A DNA stretch of 64,000 bases from positions 658,177 through 722,176 of the forward strand of contig CAWBYW010000007.1 in the NCBI GenBank assembly GCA_963792965.1. The letters are read 5' to 3'. Below, piece after piece: positions 51,126 to 63,152 of this stretch (the first letter of the stretch is position 1; every line of letters begins with the position of its first letter). The notes under the pieces are model-generated. The model had not been told where the DNA came from and searched no databases. It saw only the letters and a program-made list of their open reading frames with translations. Source of the stretch: an uncultured delta proteobacterium. GTDB taxonomy: Bacteria > Desulfobacterota > Zymogenia > Zymogenales > Zymogenaceae. The position numbers were made by a program, and so were the translations under genes.

Positions 51126-54100
51126 TTAAACGGGTGGAGTATCCACCAGAACCTCTTGTATTACCACCAACAAGCCACTAATTTCAAACGGCTTTTCAAC
51201 GTACCTATTGCCGGTTATTTTGAGAAAGCTCTGGGTGTCTCTGCCGAGTACGTCTCCGGTAATGAAGATGATCCTATCGGACAGGTCCGGGTGATGCTTT
51301 TGGATAAAAGTATACAGCTCCTTGCCGCTTATCCCCGGCATCTTCATATCGGTAATGATCCCGTCGTATCGCTTCTTCCCGATCAGCTCGATGGCTGTCT
51401 CGCCGCTGCTTGAGGCATCAACGTCGTAGCCCTCGTCTGACAGCGCCTCAACGACGAAGTCACGAAGGTTCTCCTCATCTTCAACGACAAGAAGCGCCTT
51501 CTTCCCTCTGCCGTGCAGTATCATTTCCATGACGGGCTCCTGTACCTTAATCGGATCAATGACTAACGGGAGCTCGACGGAAAACCGCGCCCCCCTGCCG
51601 GGTTTGCTCTCCACGTGTATCCTGCCGCCATGTTCCGAAACGATACCATACGCGATGCTCAGCCCCAATCCTGTCCCCTTCCCCACGTCCTTGGTCGTGA
51701 AGAACGGATCGAAGATATACTTCTTGATATCCTCGGGGATCCCCGGTCCGTCGTCGATGAACTCTATCGTAATGGTATCCCCCCACAATCGTGACCTGAT
51801 AATCAGGCTACCCCCGCCGACGGTCGTCAGGACGTCGTGGGCGTTGTTGATGATGTTTATGAACACCTGCTGGAGTTGATAGGGATCGGCGGACATTTCA
51901 GGAATGTCATCGGCGAGGTCCAGCTTCATATTGACGTTGTCAACCCTTAATTCATATTCCCTGAGCCGGAAACACTCCGTGAGCACGTCGTTGATGTTGG
52001 TCTTTACTCTTTCAGGCTTATGCTTTCGGGCGAACGTGAGGAGCCCTTGGATGATCTTTGATGACCTGATGGATTCCTTTCGTATAACCTCAAGCTTCCC
52101 TTTGATCTCCTCGCCGATCTCCTTTCTCATGAGGAGCTGCGCGTTGCCGATAATGGACGTAAGAGGATTATTGAGCTCGTGGGCGACGCCGGAGAGGATC
52201 CCCCCGAGGCTTGAGAGCTTCTCGGTCTGGAGGAGCTGAGTCTGCATCCTTTTGCGCTCGGTAATATCCCTGATGGTCCCCTGATAGCCGATGACAGTAC
52301 CCTCACGATCTCTCCGGACCGTCGACGTAATGAGGCACTCGACGGCCGTGCCGTCTTTGTTGACCATCGTCACCTCGTAGTCCTTCACAAACCCCCTTTC
52401 GGCGACCGCCGCTCTGAAGCGTTCCCGCTCTAAGGGATTATCATATAATTCTTTGACATTAATGTCCAGTAGTTCCTCCCGCGTGTATCCGAAGATATCC
52501 TCCGCGGCCCGGTTCATGTCGACGAACTTCCCCTCGTTCGTCGTCAGGTAAACCACATCCCGGGATGTCTCGAAGAGGCTTCGGAATTTCTCCTCTGACT
52601 GCCTGAGTGCCTCCTCCGCTTCCTTGCGCTCGGTAATATCGCTGAGGAAGCTGATGACGGCTCGTCTCCCTTCCCAGACAATCGGGACCCCGCTGATCTC
52701 CATCCACTTGACGGTTCCCTCCTTATCCATCGCGCGCAAAGCAAAGAAGGGGGGCACCTCAGCACCCCGAAGCCGTTTCCGGTGTAGCTCCATCGCTTTT
52801 TCCCGATCGTCCGCGTGAAGGAACTCGACGAACGGGCGGTTTGTCATCTCTTCTCTGGTATAACCCAGGATCTGTTCAAGCTTCGGATTTACGTATATGT
52901 TGATCCCGTCCTGGGAGATGGCGACCCCCTGGCTGGCGTGCTCGACCACGAGGCGGTATTTCTCCTCAGACTCCGCAAGGGCCTCCTCGGCCGCCTTTTT
53001 TTCCGTGATATCCTTGGCGATGCCGTAAATGCCGACGATCTTTCCGTCAATAAGTATCGGACTGTTGGTCGTATCGAGATAGACCCGCCGCTTGTCCTTT
53101 GTGACGATAGCACGATTCGTAGTGTTGCGTCTTACCCCGCACCGCGTCCGTGAAATGTCTGTGCGTGTCTTCGCGGTATTCCGTGGCGATGAGCGGCTTA
53201 AACGACATCGAGAGGAGCTCCCTTTCGGAAAAGCCTGTGATCAGGCAGGTGGACCGGTTGACGCTCAGGAAGTTGCCATTAAGGTCGAACGAATAGACCG
53301 CGTCGGGGTTATGCTCGAAGAGTGACCGGTAGCGCTGCTCGCTCTCCCTGAGGGCTTCCTCGGCCCGCCTGCGCTCGGTGATATCCCTGCTGATGCCGAG
53401 GAGACCGACTAACGCGCCCTTCTCGTCGCGCACTGTCGAGAAGGTCGTCTCGGTCCAAATCGTCGATCCGTCCTTGCACGTCTCTTCTAATTCCAATATC
53501 CGCGTCCGGCTAAGGTTCTTTGATCTTTTTGCCTCTCTCTCCAGCACTCCCCCGAACTCCTCCATCGCGATTTGGAGGGAATCGTGAGTCAGGGCCTCGG
53601 CGGGCGTCTGCGCCATTGCCTCTTCGACGGTGAAACCGCGGATGCGGGTGACGGAGGCGCTGATATAGGTGAACGCGAAGCTCATATCGATAGTGAAGAT
53701 GATGTCATTTGCGTTCTCGGCCAGGAGGCGGTAGCGCCGCTCGCTCTCCCTGAGCGCTGTCTCGGCACGCTTTCGCTCGGTGATATCGATTGCCGAGCCG
53801 ATAACGCCGGTCGTCCTGCCGTCCCTGTTCTTCCTGAGGGTGAGCGTAAGTTGGACGGGGAATCCCACGCCATCCTTTCTTGTTATGATGACTTCTTCCT
53901 CGATCGCCCCATTGCCCTTCAAGCCCCACGCCGTTCTCTTCCGTATCGCCTCAAGCTCCTTCTCGGGATAGATCAGTCCGATACTTTTCCCCACCATCTC
54001 CTCGGCATCGTAGCCGATCAGGCGCTCCGCCCCCCTGTTCCAGCTCGTGATATTCCCCTTGAGGTCGGTGGTAATGACGATATCGTGGATCTGGTCGAGT

Positions 54101-55824
54101 ATCTCCGCCTGCTCTCTCAACCGTTCTTCGATATGTCGCCGCTCGGTGATGTCCCTGGCGATGCCCGTGGTCCCTATCACCTGTCCACGGTCGTTATATA
54201 TCGGGGTCTTGATCGTTTCAGTCCACTCCGTCTTCCCCCTTACGTCGGCCATCGGCTCCTCGAGGACTATCGCTTTTCCGGAGGACATGACCTCGCGGTC
54301 GTCATTGCGGAATTTCTCCGCAAGCCCCTTCGGCCAGATATCGAGGTCCGTCTTCCCGACCACTTCACCCGGATCCAGACCGCACGCCCACCCGAAGGGC
54401 CGGTTGACCGCGATGAAACGGCTTTCCTTGTCCTTCAGCCATGCGATGTCAGGGATATTGTCGAGAATGGCCTTCTCTCTTTTTTCCGTCTCGCTGAGCG
54501 CCTCGTTGACCCGAGATAATTCGGCCTCGGCCCTTTTGCGCGCGGTGATATCCCGAGCGATGCTGAGCACCGCCCGTGTCCCCCCGTAGTCGATGATCCT
54601 CGCGCTTATCTCAACCGGGATAACCCTGCCGTCCCGCGAGAGATGAGTTGTCTCGAAGGAGGCTGATCCCTTCTCTATTACCTCCTCTCATCCGTTCGGG
54701 AATATGCGCGGCAGACTCGGGGCTGTCGATATGCGGTAAGCGACATTCCGACGAGCTCCTCTCGCAGGTAGCCGAGTCGCTGACAAGCCGTTCGGTTTAC
54801 GTCCAGGAGTTTCCCGTTGAAATCGAGGACGAAGATGGCATCGCCGGCGGCGTCAAAGAGCGTCCGGTATCGCTCCTCCGACAGCCGGAGGGCTTCGGCC
54901 GCCCGGCGCCGCTCACGGTCCGACTCGATGGCATTGAGGGCAAAGGCAAGATCCCGACCGATTTCCTCGATGAGCGCGATCTCCTCGTTATCAAATATAT
55001 GCTGATGCTTCGAGTAGGCGTTGATGACGCCGAGAATCCTGTCGTCCACGAAAAGCGGGGTGGCGATGCATGATTTCACCCCCGATTGTTCGACCTCCTC
55101 CCGCCACGGTGAAAATATCTCATTGTCGGTGTTTTCGAAGACGCAGAGCATGCTTTGTCCGGATCGCCGAGCCCGAGGGCCCCTTACCGGTCGATGAATC
55201 ATCCCACGTCACCGTCTGTTGCCTGAGCCACTCCATCGGCAGTCCGGAGGCCGCCACGGGGATGACCCTGGCGTGTTCCGGTCCGATCAGTCCGATCCAG
55301 ACCATATCAAAGCCCGCCGCCCCGCACAGGATCTCGCACGCACGCGCCAGCAGCGTCTCCGATTCGTGCTCTTCGACGACGAGCCGGTTAATCTCCCGGA
55401 TCGACCCGAGGAGGCGATTGAGGTAAACAACCTTCCGCTGCGCCTTGTTTCTCTCAATAGCATAGTCGATCGAGCGCACAAGCGCCAGTGGGGTGATGTC
55501 GGCTTCGATAAGATAGTCCTGAGCACCCTCGTGGACGGCCTGCAGAGCCATCTTCTCGTCTCTGAGGGAGCTCAACACGATGACGGGGACTTCCGCGGCG
55601 TGAGAGTGGATCTTTCGAAAGTTCTTGATCCAAAGGCTGCCGGACAGATCGAGGCTCAACAGGATAAGATCGAAGGACTCGTCCGAGAGGCGCCGGAGAC
55701 CCTCGCCGAGCGATCCGACGGTATCGATATGATAGCCGACCGAAGAGTCCTGCAGGTATCCCTGAAACGGCTGCGCATCGACGGGGTCTTTCGCGAGGTG
55801 CAAAACACGTATCCGTTTTGGCAT
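51126..55824 (-). CDS. hybrid histidine kinase: pseudo-REC, GAF, 7 PAS, HisKA, HATPase, REC (~1560 aa), split by at least 4 indels
   Basis: Consecutive ORF fragments 55120-55824, 54678-55202, 53047-54570, 51126-52949 join mid-domain; AHELNNP, DDGPG, GTGLGL, DMKMP. Confidence 0.85.
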
Positions 55825-56455
55825 GATGGTTACTCTTTATTGGGGAGGCTGACGATGAAAAGCCGCATACGCTCGACCGGCTCCATCGCGGTCACGACCG
55901 ACTGCTCATAGGGAGGCCGCGCGGCGGCTCGACCCGTGTAGGATTCAGCGTTTCGGGACATCGGCCTTTCTCGGAGAAAGTCGGGATACCGCTCCATACA
56001 CCCGCTCATCGTCTTATTTTTATTCTGCCCGATTTTTCCGCTTTTCGTCAGCTGGCATACCCCTGTCGTCCATCCGGCTCCTGTGATCTGCTTATTCTAA
56101 GCGGGATAAAGCGGCGGCTATCGCAGGCCGGCGTCACCGGACCGATAGTTACTGCATTAATTAACAATAACCGTAATAATGATTGCCAACGAGGATGATA
56201 TATTAAATTGCGCTAAGAAATACTAATAGTAAAATCTACTATAAGATAAATATTCAATTAATACAATACCCAATTTTTTCATTTGAAGCATTACTTCAAT
56301 CAAACAACTTTTTTTATACGCCGCCCTCCCTCCTTGGATGTGCCTGCGTCTCTTACGCCGTCCGCTCCCACACCCACTCACAAAAATCTTTGATTTGTCA
56401 CTCCAAATATGATAAGTTTTGCTATTAGCATATAAAAGAGCCGTTCGCCATCCGC

Positions 56456-57730
56456 TTGGCCCATTTAAGCCGATCTGCGAACATGGCATCGCGTAGGAAG
56501 GAGACAATTAACATCTTGCCGCCCACACGATCCCCAAAGGAAATAGGCTCAGCTCTCAAGAAGCTGAAGGTCGCCCTCATTATAGACAAGTTTGATTCTC
56601 GAATGGGCGGGGCCGAACGGTACGCGCACGACCTGGCCGAGGGATTGCTGAAGGAGGGCCACGAGGTCCACGTCTTTTGCAGACGGGGCGACCCCTCACA
56701 CAACGGGATTACGGTACACTCGGTTCCGACGATCCCCTACCCCAAGTATCTGAGGCTTTTGACCTTTGTGGCGGGAACCCGTCGGCTTGTCGCTCATGAT
56801 GGATTCGATATCGTCCACGGCCTCGGGTATAATCCCGGAGTGACCGTCCTTAACCCCCATACGGGGGTGGAGCAGTCCTGGATCGAGGGAGACGACCGAT
56901 CACGAGAATCGGGGGCTGCACGATGCTGGGCCCGGCTTGTCCGATTCCTTACCCCGCGCCGTCACCTCATCCTCTCTCTACAAAGACGCCAATATCGCGA
57001 TCCGAGCGTAAAGGCCATCATCGCAATTTCCGATATGGTCAAAGAGGATATGGTCCGTTTTCACGCCGTCGATCGTAATCGGATCGAGGTGATCTACAAT
57101 GGGATTGACATCGAGCGCTTCCGGCCTAAGAACCGGGACCTGTTTCGTGATGAGACGCGAAAAAAGCTCGGCGTGAAAAACGATGAGATCCTTATCCTCA
57201 TGGTGACTAACAACTTCAGACTCAAGGGACTCTATCCCGCCGTACGCCTGTTGCCGTCCCTCAGGAAGCGGGTCCGTGCGCCGTTCAGACTCCTTGTCGT
57301 CGGGAGAGACAATCCCCACCAATACCAGAGGGAAGCCCAAAGTCTTGGCGTATCGGACCTGATAACCTTTCTTGATTATGTGCCGGACGTTGCGCCCCTC
57401 TACGCGGCCGCCGATATTCTCTTTCATCCGACCTTCTACGATTCGTGTGCGCTGGTTATCTTCGAGGCGCTTGCCTCCGGGCTTCCGGTGGTGACCACCC
57501 GAAAGAACGGCGCGTCGGGCGTCATCGTCTCCGAAGAGATGGGGCAGATCGTCGACGACCCGAGGGACAGCGGTGCCCTGGCCGATGCCCTCTGCTCGTA
57601 TTTTCCTCAAGAGGCGCGGACAAGGGCCTTTGCCGCTGCCGAAAGGATACTGCCGAAGCTGTCGGCCGTCCAAAACCACGGAAAAATTCAGGAGGTTTAT
57701 CGCCGCGTGACCTCTCGGGGAGGCGGATAA
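56456..57730 (+). CDS. GT4 glycosyltransferase (WaaG/RfaG-like); start uncertain
   Basis: GGAERY, YNGID, KG, EALASGLPVVTT. Confidence 0.9.
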   Translation: MAHLSRSANMASRRKETINILPPTRSPKEIGSALKKLKVALIIDKFDSRMGGAERYAHDLAEGLLKEGHEVHVFCRRGDPSHNGITVHSVPTIPYPKYLRLLTFVAGTRRLVAHDGFDIVHGLGYNPGVTVLNPHTGVEQSWIEGDDRSRESGAARCWARLVRFLTPRRHLILSLQRRQYRDPSVKAIIAISDMVKEDMVRFHAVDRNRIEVIYNGIDIERFRPKNRDLFRDETRKKLGVKNDEILILMVTNNFRLKGLYPAVRLLPSLRKRVRAPFRLLVVGRDNPHQYQREAQSLGVSDLITFLDYVPDVAPLYAAADILFHPTFYDSCALVIFEALASGLPVVTTRKNGASGVIVSEEMGQIVDDPRDSGALADALCSYFPQEARTRAFAAAERILPKLSAVQNHGKIQEVYRRVTSRGGG

Positions 57731-57792
57731 ACGCTCGTACTTACGCCGCCCGTGTCACGTGTCAGTCGGCTCTGAAAGGATAAACTCTTAAT

Positions 57793-58578
57793 ATGAAGAA
57801 AATGAAGAAGCTTCCTCTTTCGGTCTATATTATAACCAAAAACGAGATCAGGCGCATCAGAGAGGCGCTCACAAGTGTGGCGGGCTGGGTCGACGAGATC
57901 GTCGTGGTCGATTCCGGCAGCACCGACGGAACACTCGAAGTCGCCAAGGAGTTCACGGACCGCGTGTACCATCGGGATTTCACGGGATATGGAGAGCAAT
58001 ACAGCTATGCTCACAGTCTGACGAAAAATGAGTGGCTCATGTATATCGACGGAGATGAGGAAGTCTCACCCGGCCTTCGCGACGAGATCATCGGACTCTT
58101 CGAGAACGGGAGACCACGCGCCGACGGCTACCTGGCCCCACGGGAGACTTTTTACCTCGGACGATGGATCAGGCACGGGGGGTGGTATCCCGACAACATT
58201 CTCCGCATTTACCGGAAGAAACAAGGGGCATGGGGAAAGGGCCTGCATCCGAAGCTGCACATTGCGGGAAAGATCGGAAGCTTGAGAAATCCTTTCCTCC
58301 ACTATAACTACCTCAACATCTCCCACCAGATCCAGACGGTAGATCAATATTCGAAGTTCGCCTCCCGGGAGCGCGTTGGTCAGGGTAAGGGGTTCATGAT
58401 GTTCAAGCTCTTGGTGAATCCCCCCTTCCGGTTCGTTCGGGACTATATATTCAGACGGGGTTTCCTGGACGGCATGCCCGGTTTCATCATCGCACTCACC
58501 ACCGCCTACTACGTCTTCATCAAATATGCAAAGGTGTGGGAGCTGGTTAAAGCGGAGGCGGACGCTCGGGATCGATAA
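57793..58578 (+). CDS. GT2 glycosyltransferase (WaaE/KdtX-like)
   Basis: VDSGSTDGT, IDGDE, GGWYPD, GFLDG. Confidence 0.9.
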   Translation: MKKMKKLPLSVYIITKNEIRRIREALTSVAGWVDEIVVVDSGSTDGTLEVAKEFTDRVYHRDFTGYGEQYSYAHSLTKNEWLMYIDGDEEVSPGLRDEIIGLFENGRPRADGYLAPRETFYLGRWIRHGGWYPDNILRIYRKKQGAWGKGLHPKLHIAGKIGSLRNPFLHYNYLNISHQIQTVDQYSKFASRERVGQGKGFMMFKLLVNPPFRFVRDYIFRRGFLDGMPGFIIALTTAYYVFIKYAKVWELVKAEADARDR

Positions 58579-58686
58579 CCACGGGATTAATCCCTCAGGC
58601 ATGGCAGGAAAGAGGGACACCCTGATGCGGCCGAGGCAACGGATGATTCGAAAGGCTCTTTGTCTCCTCTTTTGGTATAATAAACC

Positions 58687-59544
58687 ATGACGTTACCCGT
58701 TTCCGTCGTCATCCCGACGCATAACAGACCCGACATGCTCCGAGGCGCGATCGAGAGCGTCCTGGCGCAGACGTATCCCGTGCGCGAGATCATCGTCGTC
58801 GATAACGGCCGGCCCGAAGAAACCGAGCGCGTCGTTAAGGAATTCAGCATCCCCATTGTTCTCGTTCGATCCTCCGTTCCCGGCCCGTCTACCTCCCGTA
58901 ACCGGGGGGTGGAGATCTCGCGCGGTGACTACATCGCGTTTCTCGATGATGACGATCTCTGGCACCCGGATAAGCTCGCTGTCCAGATGGATTTCTTGGA
59001 GAAGCATCCGGACGTCGTAATGGTGTCCAGTCGAATCTTCCCCTTCGGCCGGGAAATAGCGATCGACAGCAGTGCCTGGATATCGGGTGATCTCTTTGCC
59101 CGCCTCTTTATGGAGAGCTTCGTGGCGACTCCAACGGTGGTGGTGAAAAAGGACGCGTTGGTCAGGGTCGGCGGATTCGACCCCCGATACATGAGGGCTG
59201 AGGACTACGACCTCTGGTTGCGTATCACGGACAGATTCATCACCGCCCATCTGAAATCGCCGACGGCCTGGTTTCGCAGCAGCCCCGGCCAGTTGAGCAA
59301 GAACAAGATCGACCTGAGAAAGAGCGCCATGGCGGTGCTCCGAGAGCGTTATAATCCGAAAAAGGTCAGCTCGCGCCGGTTTAACCGCAGAATGTCGGAC
59401 GTCCTTATCTTCCTCGGCAGAGAACAGGTGAAGTCGGGCGACGCCGTGGGGGGGAGGCGGAGCCTGATCGAGGCTTTCAGGCTCACACCCTTTCGGCTCC
59501 GTCCGATCCGATACTTGATAGGCAACCTGCTTAGACGAAGGTGA
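58687..59544 (+). CDS. GT2 glycosyltransferase
   Basis: SVVIPT, RNRG, FLDDDD, EDYDLW. Confidence 0.9.
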   Translation: MTLPVSVVIPTHNRPDMLRGAIESVLAQTYPVREIIVVDNGRPEETERVVKEFSIPIVLVRSSVPGPSTSRNRGVEISRGDYIAFLDDDDLWHPDKLAVQMDFLEKHPDVVMVSSRIFPFGREIAIDSSAWISGDLFARLFMESFVATPTVVVKKDALVRVGGFDPRYMRAEDYDLWLRITDRFITAHLKSPTAWFRSSPGQLSKNKIDLRKSAMAVLRERYNPKKVSSRRFNRRMSDVLIFLGREQVKSGDAVGGRRSLIEAFRLTPFRLRPIRYLIGNLLRRR

Positions 59545-59602
59545 GCTCGGACGGCAGTCGAGACTTCCGTAAGTCTCCCCCGAGACGCTCCACTGCCGTG
59601 CC

Positions 59603-60805
59603 ATGAATCATGGGAGCGGTCTTGTTCGGACGGAGAATCCTGAAAACTGGAGGATGCTCGATATGAATGGCTTACGAAATGCCTTTGCTACGGCGCTTCT
59701 GACCCTGGGTCTGTCTCTTGCGGCCCCCGCCTACGCTGCCGAGATAACCGTGGGGCCCGTACTTGAGCATCCCGGTACCGACACAATGACCGTCATGTGG
59801 GAGACCGACGTCCCGGTGGACTCTTCCGTGATCGTGACCGACCCGTCAGGGGTGATCACGGATGTGTTAAGCCCGGAAAAGGGAGAGCATCATCTGGTCA
59901 CGCTTTCGGGGCTCAAACCCGGCACGCGGTACGACTATCGGGTAGTGGGAGATCGAAAGGTCCTTCATGAGGCCTCCTTTGTCACCTTCGACGGAGACGA
60001 GTCGTACCGCATCGTAGTGATGGGGGACTCACGTGACAACCCCAAGGTATTCCGAAAGCTCCTTGTGCTGATAGAGGAAAAGAAACCTTCACTCATCGTG
60101 CATCTCGGCGACATGGTTCACGGCGGAACAGACAGTTCCGTCTGGAAAAAGTACTTTTTCGACGTGGGAAGGGATGTCTTCGATCACATCCCACTGGTGA
60201 CCGCGATCGGCAATCATGATCTCGATAAGCACAAGAAGGCCGATCTCTACGCGCGCTATTTCCCTTCCCCAAAGAGCGTGCCGGAAGGAAGGCTTTACTA
60301 TGCGTTTTCTCTCGGAAGGGACCTGTATATTGTCCTTGACATCTATACGGTCAGGCCTTTTTTCGCCTTCACCGAGGGGATGTGGCTTGCCGACACGCTC
60401 AAGGAAGCCTCGACGGACGCGCGGATACGGCACATCTTCGTCCTTTCTCACGAGGGCGTGACGAGCTACAAGAGCGCGCGGAGGGGATTTTTCGGGCTTA
60501 AGCTCTTTACCGGCGTCATGGGGAGGCGCCACGTAACCGCGCTCATCACCAGCCATGACCACCACTACATCAGGGGCGAGACCTACGCGGGATTCCCCTT
60601 CTTTATAACCGGCGGCGGCGGCGCCCCTCTGTACGATGTCGCGAACCACAATCCGTATGCGCCCCTTATCGGGAAAAAGGAGATCGGCCTCAAAACTTAT
60701 AATATACTTTTGATGGACGTCGATGGTGATGCCGTGACGTTTACCGCCGTAGACGAAAACGGAAGGGTCATTGACAAGGCCACGATTCGAAAGGAAAAGA
60801 AATGA
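59603..60805 (+). CDS. secreted purple-acid-phosphatase-like metallophosphoesterase (start may be ~59654-59663)
   Basis: Signal peptide, FN3-like N-domain, GDS, GDMV, GNHD, HDHHY. Confidence 0.85.
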   Translation: MNHGSGLVRTENPENWRMLDMNGLRNAFATALLTLGLSLAAPAYAAEITVGPVLEHPGTDTMTVMWETDVPVDSSVIVTDPSGVITDVLSPEKGEHHLVTLSGLKPGTRYDYRVVGDRKVLHEASFVTFDGDESYRIVVMGDSRDNPKVFRKLLVLIEEKKPSLIVHLGDMVHGGTDSSVWKKYFFDVGRDVFDHIPLVTAIGNHDLDKHKKADLYARYFPSPKSVPEGRLYYAFSLGRDLYIVLDIYTVRPFFAFTEGMWLADTLKEASTDARIRHIFVLSHEGVTSYKSARRGFFGLKLFTGVMGRRHVTALITSHDHHYIRGETYAGFPFFITGGGGAPLYDVANHNPYAPLIGKKEIGLKTYNILLMDVDGDAVTFTAVDENGRVIDKATIRKEKK

Positions 60806-60862
60806 GAGCCGGCAGCAGATGGCCGGCATGCGCCCCTGCGGATAGGACTCGCGCGGATATGG

Positions 60863-60890
60863 AAAAGGCCCCGGCATCGGGCCTGGGGCC
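60863..60890 (-). terminator. possible terminator between convergent genes
   Basis: aaaa-ggcccc...ggggcc. Confidence 0.4.
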
Positions 60891-60915
60891 GTAGCGACGT
60901 AAAGACAACCCGTCT

Positions 60916-61680
60916 CTATTCGATCTTCCTGGCCGAGACGAAGATCCTATCGGAAGCCTGCGATATGGGGACGATTCTTACGCACTCCAGGCGTGCGGCC
61001 GTAAGCTCATCCCTGATCTCTTCGTTCGAGCAGTACTGCTTGGCTATCTCCCGGATCCCCTCTATTTTCTTTACTTCCCGCCTTCCCTTCCTGGTTTCGG
61101 TGGTCTTGTATTGCACCAGCAGATACTTCCTTGACAGTCCGGCCATTTTCTTTAAGAGCCGGATCCTTCGTTCCTTATTGAAGTAGTAGAAGAACCTGAT
61201 CGAGGCAACCAGGTCGATGTCCCGTTGTCCCGGCACGTTCTTGAGGACGAAGGCATCGCCCTTGATCGCCCGGTTTTGGGGGCCCAGAGTTCTGCAGAGC
61301 TTTTGGGCGGCCTCCACCATGGGGTCGGAGACGTCTATGCCGGTTATCCGATATCCCCTCTTATGCCAGTAGCCGAAGAGCCTCCCGGGCCCGCAGGGGA
61401 TGTCGCACACGTGGGCGATATTCTCAAGACCTTCCAGCGCCTTGTCTATTGCGCGCGCTTCGGACCACCTTTTGAAGAATCCGAATATAGATTTCCCCCG
61501 CCTGAATTCTAAATACTCGTCGGGATCCTCGAAGGGGGTGCATCTTTCGGTATCTTCCCCTTCCGGACCGCAGACTAAGGCCGCCCTCTCGGATTTCTTT
61601 TCCTCCCGACCGGGGGAGACGATGCGCCCGGCGCCAGGGCCGGAAACAGCCTCACGAGACTTGTCTCGCGCGTTTACCAT
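60916..61680 (-). CDS. class I SAM-dependent methyltransferase
   Basis: DIPCGPGR, GIDVS..M, GDAF. Confidence 0.85.
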   Translation of the reverse strand: MVNARDKSREAVSGPGAGRIVSPGREEKKSERAALVCGPEGEDTERCTPFEDPDEYLEFRRGKSIFGFFKRWSEARAIDKALEGLENIAHVCDIPCGPGRLFGYWHKRGYRITGIDVSDPMVEAAQKLCRTLGPQNRAIKGDAFVLKNVPGQRDIDLVASIRFFYYFNKERRIRLLKKMAGLSRKYLLVQYKTTETRKGRREVKKIEGIREIAKQYCSNEEIRDELTAARLECVRIVPISQASDRIFVSARKIE

Positions 61681-62001
61681 AATTACCTCGTCAAAATCGA
61701 TCCGGGTTTCTCCGGCTTGGACCGTATTACGGGTAAGCCATCTTTTTTGGCGATAGATTAGAACAGCCGAAGATGCTTTACAAGCACATTAGTTCATTAT
61801 AATCCTTGCGGCTAAACATCCGCCGACGACAGGGTCGCTCATCGACACGGCCGCCCGGCATCCCACCAAGGTCTTCGTAAGCCGCAGAGATCTCATCCCC
61901 CAAATATTTCTGTTGCCGGATAAGGGAAACCGTAATAAGATATATAGGATATGTGTGTCTTCCGGCGCCAGTTTTTGACGAGATCCTGTTGGGGAAACTA
62001 C

Positions 62002-63142
62002 ATGAGAATTCCTTTTTTTGACAATCCCGGGTCGGCCGGCGCACGGAGAGTTGCCGGGATCTCGATCGTCATCGTCGTCATTATCGCGGTAGGATCCGAT
62101 CGCCTACTTGTTCTCGAAGAAGGAAGCGCCGATAACCATCGGCGCGATTATCGATCTCTCAGGCCCCAACGCGTTCCTCGTCGAGGTCAGGGACGGCATG
62201 ACGCTTGCCGTCGATGAAGTAAACGCGACCGGAGGGATAAACGGGAGGGAGATCGAGGTGGTCTTCAAAGACAGCAGGTCGGACCCCGAGACCGGGAAAA
62301 AGGCATTCGAGGAGCTCGAGCGGGAATACCATCCCCTCCTCTTCGTCTCGACGACCAGCTCCGTCTCGCTGGCCCTGGCGCCGCTTGCCGAGAAATACCG
62401 GGTCCCCCTTATAGGGATCGCCGTCATGTCCGACGACCTGACCAAGCAGAACAAATGGGTGTTCCGGTACGCGACGTCCTCCGTTGAGGAGGCAAAGAGC
62501 GTCGTCTCGATCCTGGACTACCTGAAGATACGGCGGGTCGCCGTGCTGTATCAGGACGACGACGCGCGCGGCGGCCCCGCCTTCTCGGTATTCAGTGAGA
62601 TGTTCGAGAAGGAAGGCGGGACGGCGATCGGCCGGCCGTTTGACGCCTCCCACCCCAACCTCGCGTCGATCACTCCCCTGGTCACCGGCGAGAAGGCGAC
62701 ATATATAATAGGTTTCGTTCCTTACATGAAGAATGCCGTTCTGAGCCTGCGGGCCCTGCACTATCCGGGGGCCATAATCGGCGACGTGGGCATGGCGAAT
62801 CTGGTGGGAAGCATGCCCGAGGTGAACGGGGCGTATACCGTCGCCCCCATTATCTATAGTCCCGCTTACACCTTTGCCCGTGACACGAGGGATAACTACG
62901 AAGCCGCCTACCACAGGGCGTTTACCCCGCCGGCGGCGGCCGGCTATGACGTCGTTAAGCTCCTTGCGGGCCTGTTTGAGGACCGTCAGATGAGTCGCAT
63001 AAATGTGCGGGACATCCTCGAGAGCTGGTTTATCTACCCCGGCGTCCTTGGAACCATCGAAAGCGGGGCCGGGACGCGTGACATTATCTATCCGCTCTTT
63101 CCCGTCAGGATTGAAAACAACGCGATGATCTATCTTAGATAA
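62002..63142 (+). CDS. LivJ-type (Peripla_BP_6) substrate-binding protein; frameshift near 62100
   Basis: ATG 62002 plus TM segment; IGAIIDLSGP, VNATGGINGR. Confidence 0.78.
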
Positions 63143-63152
63143 CGGGAATCGC

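Noticed and set aside
52240-54570. Recurring gcgctcggt(g/a)atatc-like repeats as CRISPR or tandem repeats
   Set aside because: They encode the repeated DITERK PAS linkers of the kinase.
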